IMG/VR virus record: IMGVR_UViG_3300020183_004466
Strand: one strand, 5' to 3'
Length of the DNA: 64,000 nt
From: an uncultured virus (IMG/VR IMGVR_UViG_3300020183_004466)
Lineage: Duplodnaviria > Heunggongvirae > Uroviricota > Caudoviricetes
The notes beneath the pieces were generated by a model that was not told the origin of the DNA, made no database searches, and saw only the letters and a program-made list of their open reading frames with translations. The position numbers were made by a program, and so were the translations under genes. Positions 43,786 to 54,859 of the stretch are shown here, piece after piece. The stretch's first letter is position 1, and each line of letters starts with the position of its first letter.

Positions 43786-44955
43786 TTAATACAAAGATCT
43801 TACCAATAGTAAATTAGGAGATAAAGGAGTATATCCCATTGCTTCGATAAATCTGTTTATAGGGTCAAGAATAACCCTATTAAATTGCTCGTCAAAATCG
43901 ACAGGGGGAGCAAACTCATAAGGATAAGATCCATTAAGATATCCAAATACGTTGTTCTCCCTCTCGTTGTTAACTTTAACGTAATAGTACTTTATCTTCT
44001 CTGATGATCTTATTAAGCTATACTTTGCTTTATGTTTTGAATTATTTAAGATGTAGTTATGGTATCCAGCAGCTCTAACGTGCATCGGGCATCCCTTAGC
44101 AACCTCAAACTTACTTGTATCATTTACTATGAACTTCTCGATGTTGTTAACAGAAGTACCGATTGATATCTGATCGGGGCTCTGTACCTTAAATTCGTTT
44201 TTAATATCTTTTAGAATCTTTACGAATTCTCTTATGTCAAAACCCTTACCCTTTTCAAATATATGTCTAAGAAGGAATGTAAGCTTCTCTCTAGCGAAAG
44301 GAGCAGTTCCTCCTTGTGCTAGTTCTATACCTGTTGATTTAATCTTAGAAAGCTTAGGAAATAAATCCTTGTTTGGATCTTGCCAAGCTATGTGAAGTAC
44401 ATATTTCTTCTTACCTAAGAATATACCAGCATAAGATAAACTTTCTAGTTCAAAATCCTGATAGTTATCAGTGTTCCATTTTTCAGCATATATGTCATAA
44501 CACTTCCTGATGTATTCTTTTAATCTATGCTCATTTAGTCTTTTTACAAACTCAAATGGCTCGTAATCGAATTCACACGAATCCATCACTGCACCAAGAT
44601 TTATATAATTAGAATCGGTATCCCCGTATAGAATAAAATCCATAGTTATCTTTCTGACATTACGAACTTCCATTTTCTCATGTAGCTCTGTATCAAGGTG
44701 CCACATGTCGTTGAAATACCTGTTAACTATCTTCTCAGCGAATTTCCAGATATCCTGTCCTTGTAATGTTACACTCTCTGCTACATCTGGATTGAATAAA
44801 GCAAAGTATTGGTTTCCTGTCGCTCCGTATATACTGTTAAGAGTTAACTTAATACCTTGTTCAGTGTTATAAAAGTCTGAAGATTTTTTTTGAAACTCCT
44901 GGAGTTTCTGATTGAGCTCTTCTAAGCTCATTGACATGTAATCTATCTCTTCCAT
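43786..44955 (-). CDS. polB: family B DNA polymerase, C-terminal subunit (gp43B-like)
   Basis: motif B K...NSIYG, motif C YGDTDS, KKKY, GIE. Confidence 0.9.
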   Translation of the reverse strand: MEEIDYMSMSLEELNQKLQEFQKKSSDFYNTEQGIKLTLNSIYGATGNQYFALFNPDVAESVTLQGQDIWKFAEKIVNRYFNDMWHLDTELHEKMEVRNVRKITMDFILYGDTDSNYINLGAVMDSCEFDYEPFEFVKRLNEHRLKEYIRKCYDIYAEKWNTDNYQDFELESLSYAGIFLGKKKYVLHIAWQDPNKDLFPKLSKIKSTGIELAQGGTAPFAREKLTFLLRHIFEKGKGFDIREFVKILKDIKNEFKVQSPDQISIGTSVNNIEKFIVNDTSKFEVAKGCPMHVRAAGYHNYILNNSKHKAKYSLIRSSEKIKYYYVKVNNERENNVFGYLNGSYPYEFAPPVDFDEQFNRVILDPINRFIEAMGYTPLSPNLLLVRSLY

Positions 44956-44956
44956 A

Positions 44957-45724
44957 TTATACCTCTACTAAACCTATTGCTATTATAGAATCCGATTCAG
45001 TTGACTTAACCAAGATTCTGTTATCGTGGAAATGTATCTCTGAATTTTCTTGATCTATATAAGAAAATTGGTTTTTGTAGATAGTATAAACGCTAGAGTT
45101 AGAAAATCCATTAGGTTTTTTACCTTTTATTAAATTATATTGGAAAGAATTTCCTCTTATAGTTACTCCGTTCTCCTCTATATCAAAATTTAGAAGTTCT
45201 TCTGAGTTTGATTCGATACCAGTTAATGAAGAAACCTTTTGGAAGTTTTCTTTAGATATCTCAAAATTAACTTCAGATCCTTCTGTTGAATGGATTTGTC
45301 TCTGTATATTATCATCTATATAAGCAAGTAGACTGATATCTGCACATTTAACAAATATATTTAATGTTGTTGAGGAGAATTTTAATCCAGTAGCTATTAA
45401 ATCAGAATCATAAGGCTGAGAATCTACAGTTAGATTAAGTTCTTCCTCTGGTCCAAAATATTTGAACACGTCTATTAATTTGTTTATCTCTAAGATACCT
45501 ATTTTTAATCTGTTTGCAGGAAAGTCTCCCTCCAATATCTCGTTGATGTCTACACTGACATACTTTATAACAGATTTATCAGGAGTTCTAACTTTAGCAA
45601 ATAAATTTCCACCTTCTATTTCTAAGGGAACGCTTTTGTCTACCAATTTTAATTTTTTAAGGAAAGACATAAAATTGGTAGGATTAGTAATCCTAAAATT
45701 CCAAGTTGATTGTTTCTTACTCAT
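44957..45724 (-). CDS. putative sliding clamp (gp45/PCNA-like)
   Basis: 255-aa beta-rich two-domain pattern directly upstream of polymerase subunit; no diagnostic motif. Confidence 0.5.
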   Translation of the reverse strand: MSKKQSTWNFRITNPTNFMSFLKKLKLVDKSVPLEIEGGNLFAKVRTPDKSVIKYVSVDINEILEGDFPANRLKIGILEINKLIDVFKYFGPEEELNLTVDSQPYDSDLIATGLKFSSTTLNIFVKCADISLLAYIDDNIQRQIHSTEGSEVNFEISKENFQKVSSLTGIESNSEELLNFDIEENGVTIRGNSFQYNLIKGKKPNGFSNSSVYTIYKNQFSYIDQENSEIHFHDNRILVKSTESDSIIAIGLVEV

Positions 45725-47132
45725 TTTCTATATTTAATTCATTTTCTTGTTCTGATTCTTCAATTATTTCTTCCTCGGGATCGAATATTCTTATACCATT
45801 ATGGAATTCTTCTTTGACCTCTCCTAAGAGAGAAGTAGTCCTAGAATTTGTTTTCTTTTTTAATAGAGAATTTTCCTTTTCCACAACTTTTACTCTTTCC
45901 TTTTGACTTTTTATTTCCTGATTCTTATTCTTTATAGCCGATTTTATCGAATTAATTTCCTCTTTAGTCTTAATTATTTCTTCCTTGGTTAGTTTTATTA
46001 AAGATATTGATTCCAATCTTCTTGATATTTCTCTCTTGTATTCACTAACAAAATTTAAAACCTCATCAACTCCCCTTTTCTTTTCCTGCATAAAAATAAG
46101 GAATTTAAGCTTAGCTTCTAAAAATTCCAATTCGTCATTAAGATAGAGTAAATCCCTTTCATATCTTTTTAATATCGTCCTTTCTCTATGTACAATAAAA
46201 TCTTCTAAATAATCCTCTATACAATCGTATTCTAACACGGATCCGTCTCTAACAAAAACAATATTTTCCGTAACTATCTGCTTAGTTTCCTTAGCAAGTA
46301 TTTCAGATATCTCCTTAAATTCATGATCTGTACATCGGAATTTTATATTGATCTTAACCTCATCAGTAGAGAAGTTGTCCATCTTGTAATTTAGACCCTT
46401 TCTTTCTAAAATATTATTAAGTCTAATAAAAAATGATTCATATCTCTGTAATGGAGATATAGAATTAATCTTAAAAGTTCTAGTTGTAACGTCAGTCTCT
46501 ATATCCCCCTCTATAAGCCAAGCAGATTTAAGTGAATCCATTTTAGTGACCTTACCTTTGAATCCTCTGAAATATGGCTTTAATTTCTTCGATTTATTTC
46601 CATCCAAATAAGTAACTATCTCTTCCGGCTTTCTTGGTAATATATTAGACTTATATCCAACAGCTATACCAACTACATGGGTGGATAGTCCTATAGGATA
46701 GTCTACGTGAATCCAATCAAATCCCCCCTCCTCATTAGGAACATTAAGATCCTTGTATTTTTCTATTATCTCCTTGTATTTGTTGGATATCTTTACTTGT
46801 GTATATCTAGGAGCGGAAGGAACCGGATTAACTGGACTACCAAAAAATCCATCCCCTAATAATATTTGTTCTGAGCAAGAAAAAGGTCTAGCTAGTTTTG
46901 ATATTGCTTGAGCCATTGAACTGTCCCCATGGTGGTAAAGTCCTGTACTGAAAACCTCACCAATAACACCAACAGTTTTCTTAAATATGCTTGGGGAATT
47001 TTGAAGGATTAATCTTTGCACCGGAGTTAGCGCATCATAAAAATTTGGTATTCCTCTACTCTGTATAACGTATAGAGCATACTTCCGATAATCCTGATTT
47101 ATTTGATCCGTGATTGTTATTCTCTTGTCCAC
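45717..47132 (-). CDS. type II topoisomerase GyrA/gp52-like subunit
   Basis: RGIPNFYDALTPVQR, YHHGDSS, SAPRYT catalytic Tyr, GIAVGY. Confidence 0.9.
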   Translation of the reverse strand: MDKRITITDQINQDYRKYALYVIQSRGIPNFYDALTPVQRLILQNSPSIFKKTVGVIGEVFSTGLYHHGDSSMAQAISKLARPFSCSEQILLGDGFFGSPVNPVPSAPRYTQVKISNKYKEIIEKYKDLNVPNEEGGFDWIHVDYPIGLSTHVVGIAVGYKSNILPRKPEEIVTYLDGNKSKKLKPYFRGFKGKVTKMDSLKSAWLIEGDIETDVTTRTFKINSISPLQRYESFFIRLNNILERKGLNYKMDNFSTDEVKINIKFRCTDHEFKEISEILAKETKQIVTENIVFVRDGSVLEYDCIEDYLEDFIVHRERTILKRYERDLLYLNDELEFLEAKLKFLIFMQEKKRGVDEVLNFVSEYKREISRRLESISLIKLTKEEIIKTKEEINSIKSAIKNKNQEIKSQKERVKVVEKENSLLKKKTNSRTTSLLGEVKEEFHNGIRIFDPEEEIIEESEQENELNIENE

Positions 47133-47156
47133 TTAAATTTTTTTCCCTAATAAAAA

Positions 47157-47184
47157 TTATACTAGGGAATAAGAATAAAGTTTC
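47157..47184 (-). promoter_or_regulatory. GAAACTT-N15-GTATAA promoter-like motif
   Basis: upstream of topoisomerase/clamp/polymerase operon. Confidence 0.55.
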
Positions 47185-48701
47185 TAATCCTCAGTAAATC
47201 CTATTTTTCTTATATCTTTACCAGATGTATTGGCTGGGCCTGTAGTATTTTGAGCAACTAATGGTTGCTGTTGTCCTGTATAAGGTAATCCAATCAATGC
47301 TGATTTTAAAACCTCCTCCGGAATATCATCTAGCTGAATTAAACCATATAGGAATTTGCTAGCATTCATTGATTCTTTCTCTGCCTTAGATATAAAATCC
47401 TGCCATTCAGCATAATCCGAAAATACCTGACACCCAGCTGACCAAGGGCCTATACAAACACCAACTCCTTTAGTAGATGACCTATGGATCTGCATTCCAC
47501 AATTTTCTGTGTAAGTCTCTGCTGGCTTATATGTTTCAAATTTGGTAACACCTATAGGATATCTACCAACTTTGATTTTCTCCCCCTCAACCATCATTTT
47601 ATATTTTGTTCCGCTTCCTAAACTGGACTCTTGTAAGATATAAAGGGTATCTCCTGGGAGTTTAATACCTACCCCTTTAGGATTCATTGGCTTCTTACCG
47701 TAATAAGCCAAACTAGGAACAGTAGTTATCTGATAAGGTTCTATTTTATCACCTAGATCGGAAGGAGGTGTTGGTCCAGTTGGTCCAGCTTGCTGTTGTT
47801 GTTGAGTAGTAGATGACTTAGTATTATCTTCGCTATCCATATCAACTTTTTTACCCTTAGGCTTATCATCATCAACTATTCCTAGTTTTTTTCCTACCCA
47901 TTTAACTGCCTGTTTACCCTTGTCATAAGCTCCTTTAAGAAATCCTCCAATCCCTAAGAAATCCTCATAAAGAACTTCGAAATCATCCTCACTAATTTGT
48001 CCAGACTCTAGAAGATCCCTACTTTGAACTAAAAATTCCCTCTCCTTATTCATCTGAGCAAAATCTTCAAACGTCCAAAGTCCAGATTCAGAAATTGTTT
48101 CTAATTCGATTATTCTTTCATCTATAAATTCATATACTGAAAGAGATTCATTTTTCTTCTGCTTCATGAAACTAGAAGCTTCTCCAGTTGCACCGGTACC
48201 TCCTGCACTCTCAGAACCATCTTTTGCATTACCTGGGATGTAATATAAAGCATCACAGAATCTATCTTGATTTGACGTTTCTTTCTTAGTTGCAATTCTG
48301 TTTCTTATTCCTATTATTACCGCTCGCTTCTCGTTTAATTCGTTTATTACTCTAGTGTAATCGCCAGCCTTTTTCTCTTGTAAATATGAAAGAAGTAATT
48401 TTATAGTCATTACGGAAAGCGGAGTTTTCTCCAGCTTATAAGATTCGGACATTCCACATCCTTTATAAGGAAGGGATTCCTTTACCTCTTTTGTTTGATC
48501 GATTATACTGTCCACTCCTCCAGTTCCTCCAATATCACCAAATATTGACTGAACTATATTTTTTGCAATCCTAGATTTCTGTTCCCTTTCAGTTTCGGGT
48601 CTCTGAGGATTCTCTGATGTAGTGGTAGGAGTAGACCCAGTAACTCCTGCAGTTTCCTCTTCGTTCAAAAACTGCTTAAACGATAATACTTTTTTTTCCA
48701 T
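47184..48701 (-). CDS. CTS-like protein with L,D-transpeptidase-like (YkuD-type) His/Cys motif
   Basis: MEKKVLSFKQFLNEE; IIGIR, TTVP, GMQIHR...WSAGCQVF. Confidence 0.6.
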   Translation of the reverse strand: MEKKVLSFKQFLNEEETAGVTGSTPTTTSENPQRPETEREQKSRIAKNIVQSIFGDIGGTGGVDSIIDQTKEVKESLPYKGCGMSESYKLEKTPLSVMTIKLLLSYLQEKKAGDYTRVINELNEKRAVIIGIRNRIATKKETSNQDRFCDALYYIPGNAKDGSESAGGTGATGEASSFMKQKKNESLSVYEFIDERIIELETISESGLWTFEDFAQMNKEREFLVQSRDLLESGQISEDDFEVLYEDFLGIGGFLKGAYDKGKQAVKWVGKKLGIVDDDKPKGKKVDMDSEDNTKSSTTQQQQQAGPTGPTPPSDLGDKIEPYQITTVPSLAYYGKKPMNPKGVGIKLPGDTLYILQESSLGSGTKYKMMVEGEKIKVGRYPIGVTKFETYKPAETYTENCGMQIHRSSTKGVGVCIGPWSAGCQVFSDYAEWQDFISKAEKESMNASKFLYGLIQLDDIPEEVLKSALIGLPYTGQQQPLVAQNTTGPANTSGKDIRKIGFTED

Positions 48702-48718
48702 ACTGTATATATCAAAAC

Positions 48719-49045
48719 TTATTCCTTAGATTTATTTATAAGAATCGACATTAATAATGCTATAAAGGAAATGATACCTGATCCAATGAATGCTGCTATA
48801 ATAAAATCGAGGCTAAATCTAAATTCTTTTATATAAAAATGTACCCCCCCGAAATTTAATTCGTCAAAAAAGAAATACAAAATAATAGATGTCCAAAATG
48901 AAGTGCATTGATAGCAATTTAACATATCACCGAAAAATGGAGAATTTATAAGAAGCCAATTTCTTAGTGGGTCCATTATTTTAGATGCTACTAATATATG
49001 GGTTAATCCCCATACAGATAAAATATAAAAAAAGAAAGAAATCAT
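48719..49045 (-). CDS. DUF1360-like membrane protein
   Basis: T.ILV.SKI..PLR, LNCYQCTSFW, TM segments. Confidence 0.7.
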   Translation of the reverse strand: MISFFFYILSVWGLTHILVASKIMDPLRNWLLINSPFFGDMLNCYQCTSFWTSIILYFFFDELNFGGVHFYIKEFRFSLDFIIAAFIGSGIISFIALLMSILINKSKE

Positions 49046-49054
49046 AGTTATAAA

Positions 49055-50092
49055 TTATTTAAACATGTCATATTCTCTTAGCTCCTCCATAAATCGCTTC
49101 TCGTCCTTATTAAGATCGGATGGTATTTTTATGTTAATCTCAACTAAAAAGTCTCCCCTACTTCCATATCCTATATTAGGTATTCCCTTCTGAGAGAATT
49201 TAAGTACTGTTCCTGGTATGGTTCCAGGCGAAACAACAGCTTTGACTTTCTCTCCATCTGGCATTTCCACGTCTATATTTGTTCCTAAAACTGCATCAAT
49301 AAAAGTTATCTCTTTAGCAGAAATAAGATCAGTACCCCTTCTTAAGAAGTTTTCATCATGGATCTCATTTATTCTGACATATAGATCTCCAGGAAGACCG
49401 TTGCCCCTTCCGTCGTTTCCTTTATTTGCTACAACAAACTGCATACCATCAGAGGATCCAGCAGGGATGTTTATATCAATTACATCCTCGTCGTTTATTA
49501 GACCTTTTCCTAAACAGCTCATACAATATTCAAGAATAACCTTTCCGCTTCCCCCACAAGAATTACAAGTTGTAACAGAATTTATTTGAATAAATCCATT
49601 TGCTCTGTTAGAGGTTACATATCCTGATCCGTTACAAGGTCCACATGTTTGAAAAGATCTACCCCCTTCAGATCCTGTGGCTTCACATGCTTTACATTTT
49701 TTGTCCCTCTTTAACTTGATTCTTTTTTCTACACCATTAAGTATATCCTTTAATGTTACCTTCAAAGTTATACTTATGTGGCCACCCTTTGGATCTTGAT
49801 GAAATCCGGGATTGTAGTGACTGGCAAAAGGATCTTTATGATTCCAATTATCGAAGTTATTAAATCCTCCGAAGAAGTGATCCTTAAAATTTCTTTTATT
49901 GTCGTATTCCTTCCTCTTAACAGGATCCCCTATATTTTCATATGCCTCGGTAATTTTTTTAAATTTTTCCTCAGCATCTTTATCCTTATTCCGGTCAGGA
50001 TGAAATTTTTTAGCCATCAGCCTATAAGCTTTCTTTATAGACTCCTGGTCGGCGTTTTCTTGAACACCTAAGATTTCGTAGTAATTAATCAA
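49055..50092 (-). CDS. dnaJ: DnaJ chaperone (J domain, Zn finger, C-terminal domain)
   Basis: YYEILGV, HPD, four CxxCxGxG-type motifs, PGDLYV. Confidence 0.95.
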   Translation of the reverse strand: MINYYEILGVQENADQESIKKAYRLMAKKFHPDRNKDKDAEEKFKKITEAYENIGDPVKRKEYDNKRNFKDHFFGGFNNFDNWNHKDPFASHYNPGFHQDPKGGHISITLKVTLKDILNGVEKRIKLKRDKKCKACEATGSEGGRSFQTCGPCNGSGYVTSNRANGFIQINSVTTCNSCGGSGKVILEYCMSCLGKGLINDEDVIDINIPAGSSDGMQFVVANKGNDGRGNGLPGDLYVRINEIHDENFLRRGTDLISAKEITFIDAVLGTNIDVEMPDGEKVKAVVSPGTIPGTVLKFSQKGIPNIGYGSRGDFLVEINIKIPSDLNKDEKRFMEELREYDMFK

Positions 50093-50228
50093 TTTTACTA
50101 GGTTTTAAAAAAGAAAAAATACTGAAAAATATTTTAGGAAACTCAACTAAGAAAAGAATTGCATAGATAGAAAATCCAAATCCCAAAAAGAAAAACATAA
50201 AAAATATCCTTTTTAATATCATTAGCAT
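50085..50228 (-). CDS. small hydrophobic protein (47 aa)
   Basis: manual translation [32 protein letters not shown]...; TAATG-coupled, fills operon gap. Confidence 0.5.
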   Translation of the reverse strand: MLMILKRIFFMFFFLGFGFSIYAILFLVEFPKIFFSIFSFLKPSKID

Positions 50229-50443
50229 TAATCCGGATATTTTTCATTGAGCTTTTTCATAAATGAAACAATCTTATCGGAATCAGTTAAGTCATTAATA
50301 GAATAACCAGATTCTTTTAGCTCTTCTTCCAGGTCTATTTGTGGATAGTTTTCTTTTATTCCTTCCACAACAGACATAAGATAAATCTCATTTTCTGGAC
50401 TCCATTTAGATTTAGATAAATCTATTCCTTCAATTCCTTCCAT
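50228..50443 (-). CDS. hypothetical protein
   Basis: ORF within operon. Confidence 0.7.
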   Translation of the reverse strand: MEGIEGIDLSKSKWSPENEIYLMSVVEGIKENYPQIDLEEELKESGYSINDLTDSDKIVSFMKKLNEKYPD

Positions 50444-51348
50444 TTCTCTAAATATTTCAGTAAGGCAAGATCTTTCATCTTTACCTCTAATTCTATATCG
50501 AAAACTTTGTCATAAGTTTCTATTTTACTCCAAATCCAATCGGAGTGTGCTACTTCTTTAGCACTAGAATCCTCATAAAGTTTTCTAGAATCTGAAAAGT
50601 GAGTTAGAGCTGTTGTGCCTTCCTTCCATGTAGATATACAAAGTTCTAAAGCTTCCTCTTCAGTTCTATTGTCAGGATTACACTTATGATGTAAAAAATC
50701 ATAAGTTATAGGTATTCCTGACACTTTATATATCATATTATATAAATCAGTAGGGGTAAACTGACTCTTCTTGTCATCATTTTCAACTACTAATCTCTTT
50801 TTAACCCCTTCTGGAAGATTATCAAATGATTTTAAAAATCTAGAAGCAGCTTCCTCCTTTGTTGGCTTAGTCGTATTAATGTGTATGTTTATAGGATATT
50901 TATGACTTCTTTCTAATCCCATTAAATCCATTATTTCTGCGTGTTGTCTGAGTTCTTTTATCGACTTCTCAACAACCAAAGGATTTTCTGATGCAATCAC
51001 ACAATAGGGGGAAGGATGAAAACTAAGTCTCTGGTCAAGTCCTCTTGCTAAATCTCCGGCTATTTTAAGGTTGAGATCTATTGTATGGTAATCTGGGAGA
51101 TCTGATATCTCGTATTCAGACATCCAAGGGAACATATCAGAACTCATCCGATACATTTTTATTCCTTTCTGACCGTTGAAATTTATTATTCTTATTAGAT
51201 CTTCGGTGTTTTTTACTGCAAGCTCTGAAACGTATGGTAGGCCTTTTTCGAGAAATGTCTTTTTTATCATTCCTCTATTTGTGGTAACTTTATCTTTTTC
51301 TAAAGACAGGCAAAGACAACAATAGCCTATTCGTGGATTGTATTTCAT
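50422..51348 (-). CDS. uvsE: UV damage endonuclease (UVDE)
   Basis: IGYCC, YRMSSDMFP, RLSFHP, LVVENDD, D..HH, AHSD, ELEVK.KDLA. Confidence 0.92.
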   Translation of the reverse strand: MKYNPRIGYCCLCLSLEKDKVTTNRGMIKKTFLEKGLPYVSELAVKNTEDLIRIINFNGQKGIKMYRMSSDMFPWMSEYEISDLPDYHTIDLNLKIAGDLARGLDQRLSFHPSPYCVIASENPLVVEKSIKELRQHAEIMDLMGLERSHKYPINIHINTTKPTKEEAASRFLKSFDNLPEGVKKRLVVENDDKKSQFTPTDLYNMIYKVSGIPITYDFLHHKCNPDNRTEEEALELCISTWKEGTTALTHFSDSRKLYEDSSAKEVAHSDWIWSKIETYDKVFDIELEVKMKDLALLKYLEKWKELKE

Positions 51349-51362
51349 ACCATAAAGGTAGA

Positions 51363-52109
51363 TTAAAAATTCTTAAGAGATTGGATGATTTTAAATCTTT
51401 CCCTAGCATTTAAATCATCTATGCTTTCCTTACCAGTTTCTCTTCTTAGAAGTTTTTTGAATTTGGTAGGATCTGCGGAAGCACCGGATTGATCAGCAAA
51501 TTGTCTAACATCCCTTCTTGAAGGAATTAAATCAATCACCCATGCTTTTATTGGTATATTATATTGTAGAGCTAAGTTAGCAACCCTATTTCCAGAAAAA
51601 AGATAGTAGCTAGCTTCCTCCGAAGTTCTAGTCTCACCAAAGTTTATAAATTTTATTATAACAGGAGCAGGCAAACTTATATTACCGCTTTTCTTTAGTT
51701 CATCCGTTGTTCTTACTAACACGTCACCATAAGCTCTACCATAAGCTCCATTTACTATATTATCATATTCATAAACCATAAAGTTTTGAATACTATTAAC
51801 ATCAAAGCTTCCTTCAGAAACTATAGGAACATTTTCGAAATGTCCCTTTCTAAATGGCTCAGATATGTATTTGTAAAACTTAGTTGATCTAGCAGCAGTC
51901 TTTCCAATGTCCTTATTTCCGATAGTTATATTATGCTGATAAAACTCTAATTTTGCTTTATCATCATAGTGTTCGATTTCTTCAGCAAGGTCTGGTTTAG
52001 TCCAATTTATTTTTAGACCCCTGTTAGAACTTGTGGAGGGAGAGCTTTTAGGAACTTCTGCTCCTACATTTTCTTGCTCATTAACAAAATCTTTTAACCT
52101 TAAAATCAT
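51363..52109 (-). CDS. CTS-like protein, possibly ParB/Srx-like fold
   Basis: MILRLKDFVNE; LPAPVII...YYLFSGNR. Confidence 0.55.
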   Translation of the reverse strand: MILRLKDFVNEQENVGAEVPKSSPSTSSNRGLKINWTKPDLAEEIEHYDDKAKLEFYQHNITIGNKDIGKTAARSTKFYKYISEPFRKGHFENVPIVSEGSFDVNSIQNFMVYEYDNIVNGAYGRAYGDVLVRTTDELKKSGNISLPAPVIIKFINFGETRTSEEASYYLFSGNRVANLALQYNIPIKAWVIDLIPSRRDVRQFADQSGASADPTKFKKLLRRETGKESIDDLNARERFKIIQSLKNF

Positions 52110-52140
52110 TATTGTATATATCTACTTTTGTTAGATAACT

Positions 52141-53928
52141 CTACTTAGTATTAGAAAGCCATTTTTTTCTTAACTCTGAAGAATCACCAAACGCCATTTC
52201 TAATTTTTCTTTGCTGTCCTCACTCTCTTCTATAGATATTAGAGATTTGTTAGTCATTACCCATTCCCAATCTTCTAAAGATAAAGAACCCAAACCTTTT
52301 AAATATCTTATATTACCTGAAGGTCTTGCTTTTTTAAAATCGTCCAAATCCCAGTAATATTTTCTCTTCTTCGCATCGCCGACAGAAACTAAAGGAATTT
52401 TCAAAAAGCTAAGTCTCTTAGATCTTATCACCATAGGGAACCATTTATAAAAAAGGTTTATTAGTAAGGATGTTATGTGAGATCCGTCTGGATCTGGATC
52501 TGTAGCAATAACTATTTTTTTATATCCTACTGACTCTATATTTCTTGCTGTCGGATCTAACCCAAGAATTTGCATTAGCTCTAATATCTCCTTATTGTCA
52601 GATAGATCGCCTATATTCTTACAGTTCTTAATCTTCCCCTTCAAAGCATAAACTCCATCCTCCTTGGGATTTCTTTTTTGTAATATCGATCCCATAGCTG
52701 ATAATCCCTCCACTATGAAAAGATTTTCAGCTAGGGATTTCTGTGCGGGAAAATATTTATGAGAATGCTTAAGATTAACTTTCCTTTTTTCAGCTCTTAA
52801 CTTTTTTACGTATCCATCATTCTTTCTTTCCTCAACCTTTTTCATTATCCTTTCGAACATTTCTGTCTTAAATAATCCCTGAAGTTTAGAACCGAACTTG
52901 TTAACGAGTAAATTTTCTATCTCCTCTCTAGTAGTTACAAATCTAGTTTTGTTCTGATCACCGAATTTAACATATTTAGGAGGAAGATTTAAAACTATTA
53001 AGGAATCGTAAAAATGATGACCTAGTGTATCATCTAACTTATTATTAATAAAATCATTAACTATCTTCTGATGTATACCAGTACACATAGCAGAGTTAAC
53101 AAAACTTATAGATCCAGATCCCTCGTATTTCTCCCATATGGTTATTTGTCCTATATCTGTGTTTATTTTAAAGCATTCTTGGGGAAGAAAATCCTGATTA
53201 AGATCCATCTTCTCATCGTCCCAGATTAGATCTATAGCTAGATTACCAAGAATAGGATCTCTTTTTATTAGATCATATTTAAGTATAAGAGTTGTTGAAA
53301 GAACATCTTTATCCCATTTGTCGTAGCCAAAAACCTCCGAGAGAGGTTTAAATTTTACAGTTGTTCCAGTTTTGGCATTTCCTGTATTTTTAGAAATCTT
53401 AGGTTCAGCTCCTTCGTAGTTTTTCCACTCTTGAAAATAATAGTTTTTATCATTAATAGTTTCTATTGAAAAATACTTAGATAAGACATTTACCAAGCTA
53501 ACACCCATACCATTTGTTCCAACTAACGATTCCTCGACATCATCATTATCAAAATTAGATCCTGATCTGAGCTGGGAAACCGCAGTTTCTATGTTTGTTT
53601 TTCCACTAACTTTATTGATGTCAGTTCCTTTGTAGAATCCATTTCCAGTATCTGTTATAGAAACTTCATTTGATTTGGAATTGATCTCTATAGTTATTTT
53701 TTTCATCTTTCCATTCATGCGTTTAGCTTCGTCTAACGCATTAGAAAACACCTCATCAAATAACTTATACATTCCTACCGATATCTTCTTAGACTCAATA
53801 AAAACCTTGCTATTTTTTATAACCGGAACCTTTTCGTCGGTTGGTTTTACACTACCAACATAAACTGTAGGCCTTAATAAAATGTGTTCTCTTTCAGATA
53901 GAACTTTTATCTCTTTCTTTGATGACAT
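52141..53928 (-). CDS. type II topoisomerase GyrB-like (gp39+60) subunit
   Basis: EHILLRP..YVGS, NALDE, DTGNG, GTNGMG, VEGLSA, LKGK, TDPDPDGSHI, YLKGLGS. Confidence 0.93.
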   Translation of the reverse strand: MSSKKEIKVLSEREHILLRPTVYVGSVKPTDEKVPVIKNSKVFIESKKISVGMYKLFDEVFSNALDEAKRMNGKMKKITIEINSKSNEVSITDTGNGFYKGTDINKVSGKTNIETAVSQLRSGSNFDNDDVEESLVGTNGMGVSLVNVLSKYFSIETINDKNYYFQEWKNYEGAEPKISKNTGNAKTGTTVKFKPLSEVFGYDKWDKDVLSTTLILKYDLIKRDPILGNLAIDLIWDDEKMDLNQDFLPQECFKINTDIGQITIWEKYEGSGSISFVNSAMCTGIHQKIVNDFINNKLDDTLGHHFYDSLIVLNLPPKYVKFGDQNKTRFVTTREEIENLLVNKFGSKLQGLFKTEMFERIMKKVEERKNDGYVKKLRAEKRKVNLKHSHKYFPAQKSLAENLFIVEGLSAMGSILQKRNPKEDGVYALKGKIKNCKNIGDLSDNKEILELMQILGLDPTARNIESVGYKKIVIATDPDPDGSHITSLLINLFYKWFPMVIRSKRLSFLKIPLVSVGDAKKRKYYWDLDDFKKARPSGNIRYLKGLGSLSLEDWEWVMTNKSLISIEESEDSKEKLEMAFGDSSELRKKWLSNTK

Positions 53929-53963
53929 ATAATGATTATAAATAAATGGGAGAAAAAAGTTTC

Positions 53964-54323
53964 CTACATGAGCCTATATATAAGACCCTCATTGATGTTG
54001 TTTTTCTTACAGGTACCTCCCATAAGTTCAACCACGGTATCAGCATCTTCATGTTCAAACTGATCGCATTCTTTAACTTCGCAGGGATTACAACTGTGAT
54101 GTATTTTTTGAATCTTTCCACCTTTTATAAATATTATATCAAGAGGAATTAAACATCCCTTCATATGAAATGACTTGTGACCTGAGTCATTAAACTTAAA
54201 AAGCATCCCCTCGTTTTCAAGGAGATGCTCTCTTTCAGAAAGACCTTTTGGAAAATCTTTACATTCTTCTAATATGAAAGTATGGTCTCCGATTTTTGCA
54301 ATATAAAAATCATCAAAATCCAT
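53964..54323 (-). CDS. DUF192 family protein
   Basis: GL..RE.L..NEGMLF, F.MK...IPLDIIFI, VVELMGG. Confidence 0.85.
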   Translation of the reverse strand: MDFDDFYIAKIGDHTFILEECKDFPKGLSEREHLLENEGMLFKFNDSGHKSFHMKGCLIPLDIIFIKGGKIQKIHHSCNPCEVKECDQFEHEDADTVVELMGGTCKKNNINEGLIYRLM

Positions 54324-54343
54324 ATTTATTTTTAGAAATTAAA

Positions 54344-54826
54344 TTATTTAACGTAAGCCTCATCAATCATATCAGGAGTTAGCTCTACCATAACATTCTT
54401 TCTTTTTAAAGAGTAAGGAACTGCTATGATAATACCCCTTGTCTGATCTACATCCTTAACAATAAATTCAGAATCTACAAATATGTTTCTCGAAGGCTCA
54501 TCAGCTGTTCTGCTTCTATCACCCATATAAACATCAGTCTCTGGATCATACATATCATCACTCTCTTTGCTAGGATCGTAACCCATTTCTGAGTAGATGT
54601 CTTTTAGATACTGTGGTGCGTTTTTACCTTGAGTTGGTATTTCTGCAACTACTGTAATCTCAGAAATAGTTCCGTTAGCAACCTGTGTAAGGAAGTCTTG
54701 TAATTCTCCTATAAACTTATTTCTCTTTATTGTTCTTTCTGGTTGAAAGCTAGACCCCCTATAAAGAGGAATACCTACGTTATAAACAGATTCGTTTAAA
54801 AAATCCTCAAATCTTAGAATTCTCAT
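54344..54826 (-). CDS. hypothetical protein with CTS-like N-terminus
   Basis: MRILRFEDFLNES; GATATATA at 54844-54851. Confidence 0.8.
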   Translation of the reverse strand: MRILRFEDFLNESVYNVGIPLYRGSSFQPERTIKRNKFIGELQDFLTQVANGTISEITVVAEIPTQGKNAPQYLKDIYSEMGYDPSKESDDMYDPETDVYMGDRSRTADEPSRNIFVDSEFIVKDVDQTRGIIIAVPYSLKRKNVMVELTPDMIDEAYVK

Positions 54827-54859
54827 TATATAACTTTTTATGTTATATATCTAAATCTT

